The notes: generated by a model not told the origin, from the letters alone. DNA of 57,522 nt from Octopus sinensis (GCF_006345805.1 NW_021834330.1:1-57522), one strand, 5' to 3'; counted from the stretch's first letter, positions 39,010-52,045 are shown. Numbers and translations are program-made.

Positions 39010-39422
39010 CTCAATCATTGACGGTCAGACAGACAGACGCTTCGCGTGCATAATCATGTCTGAACTGCGCTAGTGCGTCGCCGCATCCAATCTGTGAAAA
39101 CCGATCGAATTTCCAACCAGCCCTTCGTACCCCACTTCACATCACGCCACATTAGAATGTCTGATACGCCTATATCTTAATTATATATAGGATAGAATAT
39201 CACCTAAACCCTAAACAACTATTAGTTAAGTCCCAATATACATCATACTAGTTTTACTAATATCCATAGCAATGCCCACCTAGTTTAAATTTGTATATCT
39301 TTCTGGTGCCTTTCGTGTTTAGGCGATTAACTCTTCGTGAGATATGGTATTCTATTTCGGATTTTGTCTACTCCAGAAAGATGAAACATATTCACTTTTG
39401 ACGATTTCTCGAAGGAGAATTA

Positions 39423-39457
<35 letters not shown>

Positions 39458-39900
39458 GATAGATAGATGTACGCATGCATACATACATACATATATTTAT
39501 CTATATAATATATATATGTATATATACACATACATATCTCTTTTATATATATATATATAAAGTGTGTGCGTGTGCGTGTTTGTGCTTGTGAAAAATATCC
39601 CATCAATATTGCACAAATGATGTTGGCATCAATTTTAAAATCCATCCAAGTCTTGGACCCCGTGTTATCCGCCCACTTTAAAAATCGAACTCGGTACACA
39701 TAGCAACAGTACGTCACAATTTCTTTACCTCAACCGGTCCAGCTCTATTTAATACCATACCATAAAATTCAAATGCTCACTGGACAAATTTCTTCAAAAA
39801 ATCCCGGACCAACCTCCTACACATGATTATTATGTATATATGCTCACACGATGCTCCTATGTCTGATTATTATATGTGACGCACAGTTGAGCGAGAAACC
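39010..39900. mobile_element. Possible Helentron/DINE-like non-autonomous element
   Basis: Terminal cagacagacagacgcttcgcgtgcataat with GTCT microsatellite and internal cctaaaccctaaa; boundaries uncertain. Confidence 0.25.
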
Positions 39901-39934
39901 AACAAAACTCTTTGTAATACCAAAGATAGGCGTA

Positions 39935-40342
39935 GGAGTGGCTGTGTAGTAAGTAGCTTGCTTACCAACCACATTGTTCCGGGTTAGTCCCACTGCGTGG
40001 CACCTTGGGCAGGTGTCTTCTACTATAGCCTCGGGCCGACCAAAGCCTTGTGAGTGGATTTGATAGACGGAAACTGAAAGAAGCCCGTCGTATATATGTG
40101 TATATAGGTATGTGTGTGTATATGTTTGTGTGTCTGTGTTTGTCCCCCCCAACATCGCTTGACAACCGATGCTGATGTGTTTACGTCCTTGTAACTTAGC
40201 GGTTCGGCAAAACAGACCGATGGAATAAGTACTAGGCTTACAAAGAATAAGTCCTGGGGTCGATTTCCTCGACTAAAGGCGGTGCTCCAGCATGGCCACA
40301 GTCACATGACTGAAACAAGTAAAAGAGTAAAGAGAAAGAGAG
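39935..40342 (+). mobile_element. SINE family 1, full length
   Basis: Head, body and tail all present. Confidence 0.9.
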
Positions 40343-40607
40343 AGTATGAACTGAAGGCATGCATTATAGCAGCATTCACCAACTTAAACAAGGAGACCGT
40401 CCAGAAGATTTGCAGAAGATTCGGAAGTCATCTGGAGGCCGTGGTTGAAGCCAATGGCGATTTTATTGAATAAATTTACCCTTTAGTATTTCAAGATTTT
40501 TTAAATGTAATTTTGGTAAATATAAGTAAATATATCTGTTAAAATGTGATGCCAGTGTTATTATCATTGCTGCATAATCTGGCTGTGAGTTTATTCACCG
40601 CACTCTG
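40343..40607 (+). mobile_element. Tc1/mariner-superfamily transposon 3' end (possibly maT-like)
   Basis: ELKACIIAAFTNLNKETVQKICRRFGSHLEAVVEANGDFIE* followed by terminus ttattcaccgcactctg and TA. Confidence 0.7.
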
Positions 40608-40615
40608 TATATATA

Positions 40616-40833
40616 CCGGGGGTTGCTGGAAAGTTCCTGGATTTGAGTGTATAGCGAAAGGCCTGGAGTGGAGGCCCGACTTTAGGAGTTCTTTTATAGG
40701 GCCTAGAAAAACCGAGAGACCACTCCACTAGGGGTGTGAATCTGAGAGGGGAATATATTGAATAAAATCATAATTAACTGTTCCTCCTCTATTTTCTTTT
40801 ACCCAAAGCCAGGAACTTTTCAGTAACCATTCA
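40616..40833 (-). mobile_element. Mariner-type MITE
   Basis: TIRs gttgctggaaagttcctggatttg / caaagccaggaacttttcagtaac; TA flanks; same family as 44623-45083. Confidence 0.8.
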
Positions 40834-40935
40834 TATATGTATGCATATGTATGTACGTACTTATGTATGTATGTATGCTTGTATATTTGTATGAATGTTG
40901 GTATATATAAGTGTGCATGTGTATATATATGTGTT

Positions 40936-40984
<49 letters not shown>

Positions 40985-40985
40985 A

Positions 40986-41415
40986 GGAGTGGCTGTGTGG
41001 TAAATAGCTTGTTTACTAACCACATGGTTCCGGGTTCTGTCCCTCTGCGTGGCACCTTGAGCAAGTGTCTTCTACTATAGCCTCGGGCCGACCAAAGCCT
41101 TGTGAGTGGATTTGGTAGACGGAAATTGAAAGAAGCCCGTCGTATATATGTTATATATATATATATTATATATATATATATATGCGTGCGTGTGTTTGTG
41201 TGTCTGTGTGTTTGTCCCACTAGCATTGCTGACAACCGATGCTGTTGTGTTTATGTCTCCGTTACTTAGCGGTTCGGCAAAAGTGACCGATAGATAGAAT
41301 AAGTACTGGGCTTACAAAAGAATAAGACCCGGGGTCGAGTTGCTCGATTAAAGGCGGTGCTCCAGCATGGCCGCAGTCAAATGACTGAAACAAGTAAAAG
41401 AGTAAAAAGAGAAGA
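40986..41415 (+). mobile_element. SINE family 1, tandem copy A
   Basis: Full-length copy. Confidence 0.9.
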
Positions 41416-41478
41416 GTATATGTACACAACATTTATATGTGTATGTATTATATATATATATATATATATAGATATATA

Positions 41479-41527
<49 letters not shown>

Positions 41528-41529
41528 AA

Positions 41530-41692
41530 GGAGTGGCGTGTGGTAAATAGCTTGTTTACCAACCACATGGTTCCGGGTTCTGTCCCTCTGCGTGACACTT
41601 GGACAAGTGTCTTCTACTATAGCCTCGGGCCGACCAAAGCCTTGTGAGTGGATTTGGTAGACGGAAACTGAAAGAAGCCCCGTCGTAATATG

Positions 41693-41724
<32 letters not shown>

Positions 41725-41725
41725 G

Positions 41726-41761
<36 letters not shown>

Positions 41762-41990
41762 TGGTGTGTGTTTGTGTGTCTGTGTTTGTCCCCCTAGCAT
41801 TGCTTGACAACGATGCTGGTGTGTTTATGTCCCCGTTACCTAGCGGTTCGGCAAAAGTGACCGATAGAATAGTACTGGTTCTTACAGAAGAATAAGTCCT
41901 GGGGGCGAGTTGCTCGATTAAAGGCGGTGCTCCAGCATGGCCGCAGTCAAATGACTGAAACAAGTAAAAGAGTAAAAAAGAAGAGAAAGA
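41530..41990 (+). mobile_element. SINE family 1, tandem copy B
   Basis: Full length; shares private variants and downstream flank with copy A. Confidence 0.9.
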
Positions 41991-42041
41991 GTATATGTAC
42001 ACACACACACACACACAATTATATGTGGTGTATAGATATAT

Positions 42042-42087
<46 letters not shown>

Positions 42088-42112
42088 TGTATATATATAT
42101 AAATATATATAT

Positions 42113-42197
<85 letters not shown>

Positions 42198-42700
42198 CAC
42201 GCGTTTCAATCGCATGGTGATTCTATCATTCTCTATTTTCTTTCAGCCATCTAAATTCATCTATCAATGACAAATTAATAGTCAATCACATAAAATTTAC
42301 TTTGCTCTATCTCAAAGAGCATGCACCATATGCTTACATCATAGATCATTATTATTAATTAATCAGTGTTATCGTTTCAACGATCGTTACTCCATGTTAA
42401 GTCCCATTTAAGTGGGAACGGAAATAAGGCGCTTCATCTTTGATCCAAGGGATTTAAATCTTGTTGCGTAATTTGTTTGTACGATATAAAATGGTGGATA
42501 ACTAGAAATGAATTGGGCTTAGAACGTGTGATAGTGTACTAGGTGCGGGATTATGTTATTAGCTATAATCAGATAACTTATTAATCCATAACGAGAGCTG
42601 TCGTGTTCTTCATAATTTCATATCAGTTTGTAATTCATATATGTGTGTATGTATATATATATATAATATATATATATATTTTCATACATACATACATACA

Positions 42701-42732
<32 letters not shown>

Positions 42733-42772
42733 AATATATAATATATATATACAATATATGTATTGATGTATG

Positions 42773-42818
<46 letters not shown>

Positions 42819-42885
42819 CACATACATGCACATATATATATACATATATATATATAAATATATAAATACATACACATACATGTAC

Positions 42886-42931
<46 letters not shown>

Positions 42932-43689
42932 TATATATACATACACATACATGTACACACATATATATATACCTATAATATATTTTGGGTATGTATGTGT
43001 ATATACATATATGTGCGTATGTGTACAATATTTATGAGAGTGTATGAGTGTGCTTGTATATACGTAATCTATATAGTGGATAAATAAACAAGCCAAAGTT
43101 AGCTATCTCGAACGAAGGAGAATAGCTGTGACGATTGGGTAAAAATACTCTTAATAATTGGAAGGAAAAAAAAAAGAGAGCGGTCAGCACACTGGTACAG
43201 AGAATCGAACCCAGTAGCCCGCAAGTTCCTGACTGGTACGCTGGACCTTTGAACCAAGCGGACACTGGAAACATGCTGTCTTTATAGCGCTAAATAACAT
43301 AACAGCTTTTGGCGTGTGTGAACATTTTAACAGTTTTTTATAAATAAACATCGAAGCGTCGTGTGAGCATATCTACATGTGTATGTTTGCGTGTGTGTGT
43401 GTGCGTGGTTGTGTGTGTGTGTGTGTTCTTTGTTCTAAGCACTGTGGGAAAGTGTGGAGAATTGTTGGCATTAATTTCCCGATTTATGTGGAATCATAGC
43501 AGTAAAATATGTCTCGATTAAACTACATGGTTAACAAATCACGGAATTATGTAACACCTTTGTGTTACGTAATTCTGCTATGTGAAACACGTGTAAGAGC
43601 ATTAAATTTGTAAAATTTCTCCATTCTTTTGCGCTTACGTATAAGTATGAATATATGTATGGAGGGAGGGATTGATGGATGTTCGTATG

Positions 43690-44150
43690 TATGTATTCAT
43701 TATTCAGTTTTATTTAAAGATTTCTTGCCTGTAGAAAAAAGCCGGTTTCGAACCTAGATCCAAGGCTCCTTCACTGAAATTTCAACATCAATAACAGGGT
43801 ATTTTTGTATGTATGTAAGCACATGTGCAGATTTGTATTTTTTGTTTTATGTATTCTCAGGCATATAGCTACATATCTAGACATGCTCATATATATTTAA
43901 ATGATAAACTTCTGGAAAGTTTACTGATTTTTACAGTTCCAGTGATGGATTGGATCTGTAGTCTTCGAATCAGCTTTCTCCTTTCCGGTTTTGGGAAGCC
44001 CAGTTTCCCAAGATTGGTATTTAAGCAATGAGTTACATATCCCAGGGCGCCAATAATTACAGGTATAAACGTGAACTTGTAATCTGAAAAGAGTAACTGC
44101 AGTTTTCTCAATAGTTCAGCGTAGGCATTTTCTTTTTCTTTAGGTTAACA
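43690..44150 (-). mobile_element. RLE-type (R2/R4-like) LINE 3' end plus 3' region
   Basis: LQLLFSDYKFTFIPVIIGALG...LQIQSITGTVKI (PV.IGALG motif of RLE elements); second copy at 46495-47230. Confidence 0.75.
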
Positions 44151-44324
44151 TTCGCTGAGCAACTGATTTCCACAACTGTACACAGTGTACTTACATATGT
44201 ATGTACTCTCGTATGCATGTAAAATGTGCAGTATTAGTTTAAAATAGACAGCTATATAAGATACTTAATGTGAACACCTTGTCGAAAGGCAAATTTATTA
44301 GGGGATTCATCCGATGTTCTTTTA

Positions 44325-44500
44325 TTTTTTTTCAGTCATTGGACTGCGACCAAGCTGGGACTCTGCCTTCAAATTTTATAGCCGAACGATAGACTCTGGG
44401 GGTTATGTTCACTTTTTTATCCCATCCTGCACATTTGCTGAACCGCTACGTTACGTGTATGTAAACAGAAAAACACTATTTTTCAAGCGATAGGAGTGGG
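44325..44500 (-). mobile_element. SINE family 1, degenerate 3' part
   Basis: ttcagtcattggactgcgacc...tttgctgaaccgctacgttac. Confidence 0.55.
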
Positions 44501-44560
44501 TGACAAACATAGTAGACGTGTGTTCAGGCACTCATGCACACGCATACACACGCTCTTGCA

Positions 44561-44601
<41 letters not shown>

Positions 44602-44622
44602 ACACACATACACACACACACA

Positions 44623-44844
44623 CGAGGATGTACTGAGAAGTGCCTGGCTTTGGGTAAAAACAAAGTACAGAAGGATCAGCTAATTATGATTTTATTCAAC
44701 ATATTTCTTCTCTCTGATTCACACACCTATTGCAGCGGCCCTTCAGTTTTTTTCTAATCCCTGTAAAAAGAACACGGACGGTTGGGCCCCAAACCAGGCC
44801 TTTCGCAATACTCTCAAAGCCAGGAACTTTTCATCACCACCTCA
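44623..44844 (+). mobile_element. Mariner-type MITE, copy 1 of tandem pair
   Basis: TIRs cgaggatgtactgagaagtgcctggctttg / caaagccaggaacttttcatcaccacctca. Confidence 0.8.
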
Positions 44845-44864
44845 TATACACACACACAAACATA

Positions 44865-45083
44865 TGAAGGGTTGTTGAATATCTCCCGTCTATGGCTAAA
44901 AGAAAATTCAAGAGAATCAGTTAATCATGATTCTTTTCAACATATTCCTCTCACAGACTCACATACTTATTGCAACAGTCCTTCAGTTTTTCTAAACCCT
45001 GTAACAGAACTCAGAATGTTGGACCTCCAACCAGGCATTTCGCAATACCCCTAAAACCAGGAACTTTTCAGCACCTCCTTGCG
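44865..45083 (+). mobile_element. Mariner-type MITE, copy 2 of tandem pair
   Basis: Same internal sequence (tttcaacatatt...cttcagtttt); right TIR ccaggaacttttcagcacctcc followed by TA. Confidence 0.75.
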
Positions 45084-46199
45084 TACATAATGAGTTTTTA
45101 CATATTTTCCCTTCCCAAAATCTCCTCTCAAGGCATTGACCGATTCCGGGTAGAGTAGAAACCGCTTCCACAAGATTCCGCGGTTGAGAAACGAGTCTCT
45201 TAACCATAGAGAAATGCATGCATAGACATATTTTAAACATTATATTAAAAATATATCTGTCTGCGTATAGATATATGATATGCAGCCTTTGGGTGCAGTG
45301 TGCGTTTGTATGAAGTGCCGTCTGTCGATAGGTACAACCTCGGCGCTAAATATTCCATTCAATGATTGCTTAATAAATGTAGAAAATATAAGCATGAAAG
45401 TATACTATTCTTACCATTCTTACTGAACCGTGCATAACAGATTATACATATGCACACACACACATGTATATATTACTCACATGTATGTAGATATATGAAA
45501 GAAATTTCATGTACATATAATGTGATATGAATTTATACACGTATGGGCGGGTGTATATAGTTGCCTATATTAGGTTTCTCTGGTGACAAGAAGACTGGAA
45601 AGTGGTCTACGTGGATCAATTTAATTATAATTAAGCCAACGGGGAATCTACTGCATGGTTTTGCAATTTGCTAGAAATAGAAGTCAAATTCGCTTTAAAT
45701 CACACAAAAGTCGTCTTAAATGCATTAAGCAGCCAGTGGTCGATTTAGTTACGGGTATTACTGTAGAAGTGGGTATCTTTACACCAAGAGTATCTCTGGT
45801 CATGTTTGCTCGATGACGGCTGACAAACGGCTAAGTAACAACAACAGTAACCATAGCAATAACAGCAACAACAAAAACGACGACGATGACTGTGACGGCA
45901 ATCACAATAACAAAAATAACCAAAAGAGCCAACGATTGAGCTTCTACACGGTTTCTTTGATTGCTAGAAATAGCAGCTATATTTACCTGAAATTAATCAC
46001 ATTGCATCGAAATCTACATTAGCCTATGTGGTGCTGATTCCCTTGCAGATGAGAAAAGACAGGATTGTCACGTCTGAAACGCCTGGGACCGTACGTACGT
46101 CTGTTCCATCACGATTGGCCTAGGGCTAAGCAACAATCACAGCAACAATATCTAGTTTTAACCAGGTTTGATTGTTTTGTTTTTATTTCCTAATCTTAG

Positions 46200-46420
46200 C
46201 CTTTATTTATCTGACTTCTTTTATATTTTCCTTGATTTAGTCATTAGAGAGCGGCCATGCTTGGGAACTTCCTTGAAGGATATAGTCGAACGAATTGACG
46301 CCAGTATTGGTTTTTGTTTTAGAATTTGTTCTTTTGCCGAAAAGTTTAGTTACTGAGGCGCAAACAAACGAACACCGGTTGTTAAGTTATAGAGCGACCA
46401 AGCACAAACACAAATCCCCC
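46200..46420 (-). mobile_element. SINE family 1, degenerate 3' part
   Basis: agtcattagagagcggccatgcttgg...cttttgccgaaaagtttagttac. Confidence 0.55.
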
Positions 46421-46494
46421 CCCACACACACACACACACACACATGCATACATAATACATACATATATACATGCATGCATGCATACATATATAC

Positions 46495-47230
46495 ATTGCC
46501 CAGCGGATGTTAACATAAGCTGAAGATCAGTGAAAAGAAAACACCTGTGCTGAACTATTGAGAAAACAACAGTTACTCTATCCAGATTATAACTTCAGGT
46601 TTATACCTGTAATAATTGGGGCCCTGCCTAATGTAACCCACTGCCTAAGTACTAATCTTGAGAAATTAGGCTTCTCAAAATCAGAAAGGAGAAAGCTAAT
46701 TCGAAGACTACAGATCCAATTCATCACTGGAACTGTAAAAATCTATAAAACTTTATCATTTAAATATATATGAACATATCTAGATATGCAACTATACGTA
46801 TGAGATAAAATATATAAAACTGCACATACATTCATACATACATACATACATTCATACATACATACATACATACATACATACATACATACATACATACATT
46901 CATACATACATACATACATACATACATACATACATACATTCATACATACATACATACATACATACATACATACATTCATACATACATACATGCATACATA
47001 CATACAAACATACATACATATATACATACATACATTCATACATACATACATACATACATACATACATACATACAAACATACATACATATATACATACATA
47101 CATACGTGCATACAAAAATGCCCTGCTGTTGATGTTGAAATTCCAGTGAAGGAGATATGGATCTAGAAACCGGTTCTTTCTCTATTGGCAAGAAATCTTG
47201 AAATAAAGCTGAACAATGACATAACATACG
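46495..47230 (+). mobile_element. RLE-type LINE 3' end with (CATA)n expansion in its 3' region
   Basis: PADVNIS...QQLLYPDYNFRFIPVIIGAL...RRLQIQFITGTVKI; downstream gatgttgaaatt(c/t)cagtgaaggag shared with the 43690-44150 copy. Confidence 0.75.
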
Positions 47231-48420
47231 TATATTCATAAATACATAAATATATTCATATATACATAAATATATTCATATATACATAAATATATTCATA
47301 TATACATACACACGTAATACATACATATAAAGATACGAGCTAATAGATTCTTTCACTGGAGACACGGGACTAGACTGCGTTGCATAACATGCTTTGTGTG
47401 TGTGTGGTGTGTGTGTGTGTGTGTGTGTATGTGTGTGTGTGTATGTGTGTGTGTGTATGTGTGTGTGTGTGTGTGCAAGGGGCACCCGCACAATTTCCAT
47501 TCAGCGAATTCACTCACAATGCATTAGTTAACCCGGTGCTATAGTTGAGGCTACCACCAATTCTTCCACGCTTTGGGATTGAACCAGGTACCATCAGGTT
47601 TCAAATTCAGCTTTTTAACCAGACATTCATGGCTACATATATTTCTTCTTCTTTGTTTTTTTTTATATTTTATTTTTTTTCAATAAGCAAATTAGCTATT
47701 TAGAAAATATCTATAAGAGATGAAAGCAGTAACCATGCCGAGTAGTAATTTTACCGCAATTTAAACATGGCATTTACGTAGGAACCGACGTCACTGCTAC
47801 TTTAAACCTCAAGAGGACGCCTCACCCAGCTGTTTATTCGATGCAGTCTGCACCCGATATATATTGCAAGTAGGGGAGTGAACTACCTTCTTCCAGACAG
47901 GAGACCACCAGACAGCATGGATTCGACCTCTTTGTAATCATACTCAGTGGTGGATACTCGTCTTTTATTACAGCCATGTTTAAATGGTGGTAAATATTAT
48001 TTCTTTTTTGTATTTTGGGGGGGTTTTTTTCGTTTATTTTTGTATCCCTTTTTTCCCCTTGTAATCCATTCTTTACTTGCGTTTTTGTATTCTATATAAC
48101 GGTATTTCCGTTGCTGCAAAGTGTGGCGTTGGTGCTGGCGATATCAAAGGAACGTTTGAATGTCTTATTTTCGTTATCTAAAGATACATCTAAGTACATC
48201 GGTATTCTATATCCTCCTATCTTCAAATGCATCTTCCTAGATCTTTCTCGAAATATATTTCTGTCACAGATAACAACAATATTTCATTTTACTTTCGATT
48301 TCTCTTTTTCCTTTCGCGTTCTTCCTTTTAATATTTGGCAGATTCGGTAGAACATGTCGGCCTGGGAATTTTAAGGTCTTTGAAATGAAGAAACACGAGA
48401 AAATAATAAAGAAGTATGTA

Positions 48421-49045
48421 CAGTAATCCCCAAAACCTTTCTTACCCCCTGTTAATTTTTTTGATTAAAAAATGTTTGTGATGAAATGAATGCATTTTGT
48501 CAAGTTTGTTTATGAGTTATATGTGATCAACAACTGAAAGAATAACAACAATACCCAATTCAATAAATTCTTCATTTCAGGGGTATTTATTGCCATGTTC
48601 AAAATTATTCATACCCTAATTTTACTGAGTCCAATATCTTTCTTTAATAGTCAATAGCATAGCTTTTGTTTTTTACGACTGCTTCTAGGTGATTCTTGTA
48701 CGTATCCACAAGCTTCCTGCATGTCTCCTGTGAGATGTTGACCTATTCTTCCTTAGCGAAAGCCTCGAGCTTGGTCAGGTATAAATAGAAGACAAATGTT
48801 CTGGTCATTCTCAGTTTCAGATCATCATGGCCAAGATGAAGGAGCTAAGTGAGGGCCTACGTCATCGTCTTGTGAACGCCCACAGTGAAGGAAAAGGTTA
48901 TAAGGTCATTTCAAAGCAGTATGATGTCCCTGTCCAGAGCATAATCAGAAAGCACAGGAGATTCAACACAGTTAAAACCCCCAATGGGCGTGGCAGGAAG
49001 CGTAAGGTGTCTCCCAAACTTCCCAGAAAATATGCTACTCTATCT
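48421..49045. mobile_element. Rearranged Tc1-like transposon relic
   Basis: TA+cagt terminus with inner repeat ttcaaaattattcataccc; minus-strand C-terminus LEAFAKEE*VNISQETCRKLVDTYKNHLEAVV; plus-strand N-terminal HTH MAKMKELSEGLRHRLVNAHSEGKGYKVISKQYDVP...GRGRKRK. Confidence 0.85.
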
Positions 49046-49525
49046 AACGGTTACATTAAAATTAAAAAATGGATGGTTGTCCGTTCCCTATGTAAGTTGT
49101 AATCAATTGACATATATTTGCAAGCATCGAATCAAAAAACAAACAAAACAAAACCACTTCGGCGTTGCTCATTTTAGACCTTCAGTTTCCATCTGAGAAT
49201 CTGCATGAACTTCTGGTACCAACTTCTGGTGAGCAACAGTACTATTAAAGGATGCACTAACAATGATTCTCTAGTGAATATACAAGCTCGATTCCATGTT
49301 TTCCATCGCGTTTCTCGTCTGTTCATGGGAATGCTTTCGTTTATCGTCTGTTTCAACGAATGTCCTCTTAAAGCATCATGATACGCTGTCAGAGCCTTCC
49401 TTAGATATATTTCAACGATATGATACCTTTACGCATTTGGCTCAGCAGTATTTTGTATTTCAATGTCTCCGGATAATTTATTTCTATAAATCATCTATAT
49501 TTCATACGTTTGTGTGCATGAATAC

Positions 49526-49571
<46 letters not shown>

Positions 49572-49847
49572 TGTGTATGTATGTATGTATGTATGTATGT
49601 ATGTATGTATGTATGTATGTGTGTGTACATACTTATATATACAAACATACATACACACATAAATATATATACATACTTATTATGCATGTATATATTATAT
49701 ATATATATACACACACACACATGCATACATGCATACACACATACATACATATAATATATGTATGTATGAATGTGTGTATACATATATACATTTATACATA
49801 TATATACCTATACATAATATATATGTATATACACATATATACATACA

Positions 49848-49879
<32 letters not shown>

Positions 49880-50701
49880 GGTTATAAGTATATATATATA
49901 TATATTATATATACACACACAAACACAGACACACAGACACACACACACACCACTCTCTCTCTCTCTCTCTCTCACACACACGCACACACACACAAGAATA
50001 TAGGGGTTGTGAGAGGCTACAGCTCGTTGAAATATCTTCTCTCTCAGAATCATTAGAGTTAAAGCGCATTTTCCCGCCGACGGATGGTAGCGCGGTACTA
50101 ACATAGCTCTGACTACTTAACTCATTTTTGGAGTGGATAAAGATTATGGTGCGGCTGAACAACAATGGGTGGGGCGGGGTGTTGTCTTAATTGGGCAGTG
50201 ATTCGAACGCCGTTTGCTGAAGAGCAGTCCATGGTCGTGTGATGGTTTGGAGCTGGAAATAATAGAACGGGTTAAGAGTGTTATAAAAGCCAGTATGATT
50301 GCACTGGTATACGGGTGGTTTGAGTGAATATGCGGTGGGTTCACTTACTGAAGAATGGTAAACCATTTCAGTACTCCAAAGTTTGCGTACGAGTGATGTG
50401 GAAAGAACACAAGACCGAAGAGGCATTGCAAGAATTGAAGTACCAGAGGAAGATGACTTCAGAGACATATTAAAATGAGATGAGATGCGACGAGATGGGA
50501 AGAGATGAGGTAGATGTCTTAAGTAGGGAAGAAATCATAGTCAATTAATTATTTCGCGGAGGCTGAAGGATTTGGAAAAATGGGTAGAAATAGGAGATGT
50601 CCTGGAAAGACTGGATAGGAGGAATTTTGAACCAAACTAGTTTAAAATCTCTTATGTCGATTTTCAAGTAAAAGGAAGTAGAGAGAGAGAGAATGAAGTA
50701 A

Positions 50702-50732
<31 letters not shown>

Positions 50733-50909
50733 TAATGAGTGAGTGAATGAGAGAAAGTCTGAATGAGAGAGAGGAAGAGTAGCAAGAATATTAGATTTTG
50801 CGTAAATCCTCAGATCGTATTTTGGAAAAATAACTGGAATGCAGGGTTAGGGTTAGGAATAAAAGAGTTTGGTTGAGTTTTGTCTCCGAGTGAGGAATGA
50901 AATGAATGG

Positions 50910-51500
50910 CAGTGGTGGCGGTTTGGTTGTTCTTGTTGCAGGCAGTGGTGGTAGTGGTAGTGGTTGTAGTAGTGGTGGTGGTGGTTGTGGTTGTGGTTGT
51001 GGTGGCGGTTGTTATGTGATGGTGGTGGTGGCGGCGGCGGCGGCGGCGATGGTGGTGATGGCAATGGTGCCGGTATCAGTGGTGGTAGTAGTAGTGATGG
51101 TAATGGTGGTGGTGGTGGTGGTGGTGGTTACGGTGGCTGCGGCAGCGGTGGCGGTGAAGATAATTGTGGTGGTGGTGGTGGTGGTGGCGATGGTAGTGGT
51201 GGTGGCGGTGGTTGTGTTAGTGGTGGTAGTGATGGTAGTGGTGGTGGTGGTGGTGATGGCGACGGCAGCTGCGGTGGTGCTGGTGGGCACGCCGGCGGCA
51301 GCGGTGGTAGTGGTGATGGTGGTGGTGGTTGCGGTGGCGGTTGTTATGATGATGGTGGCAGTAATACTGGGGAGGTGGCGGTGGTAATGGTGATGATGGT
51401 GATGGTGATGGTGACGGTATCAGTGGTGGTAGCATTAGTGGTGGCGAATGTAGCGGCGGCGGTGATGGTGGTTATGATGCTGGTGAGGCCAGTGAGGGTT
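50910..51500. repeat. Degenerate (GGT)n tract
   Basis: Direct reading. Confidence 0.9.
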
Positions 51501-51844
51501 ATGCTATTGTTGTTACTGTTTAACATCGGAAAAACTCTGATCCAAAGCCTTCCAGCCGTAGCCATCCCGCCTTCTTTTCAGGTCATAAATCCCATCCGGA
51601 GATTACATTGCTCAATGGGTGTCCTTCCTTTTTAACATTGTAAAAATGCAGTATAAGCAGAATGTGACTCTTATTTCAAGCACATCGAACAATCAACAAG
51701 AAAGTCCTTCATTAATTCGTTGATGTTTGTTGAAAGTAAGTCGTAGGACCAAAGTTTCGCCGAAGTCCATCAATTGCAATGACCAATGAGAATTGTCCAA
51801 CAGGTTTGAAGAACTTTCTTTGTAGGAAAGAGATCTACATAATT

Positions 51845-52045
51845 ATTTTACTTTATTTCAGTCGGTAGACTATGGCCATGCGGGAGCACACTTTGAAAAA
51901 TTTTAACCAAATGTATCGTATCCAGTATTTGTATGGCTTTTATTTTTTGAGCCTCGTATTTATTCTATCGGTCTGTTTTGCGGAGGTGCTAGATCCGGAA
52001 ACCGGGTGTCAGTCGGATATGGGCGACAACACAGACACAAAGACA
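51845..52045 (-). mobile_element. SINE family 1, 3' half
   Basis: tttcagtcggtagactatggccatgc...ttattctatcggtctgttttgcgga. Confidence 0.6.

Noticed and set aside
50985-51635. Gly-rich structural protein ORF
   Set aside because: (GGT)n is open in all three frames, substitutions are not third-position biased, and similar tracts occur elsewhere in the window.
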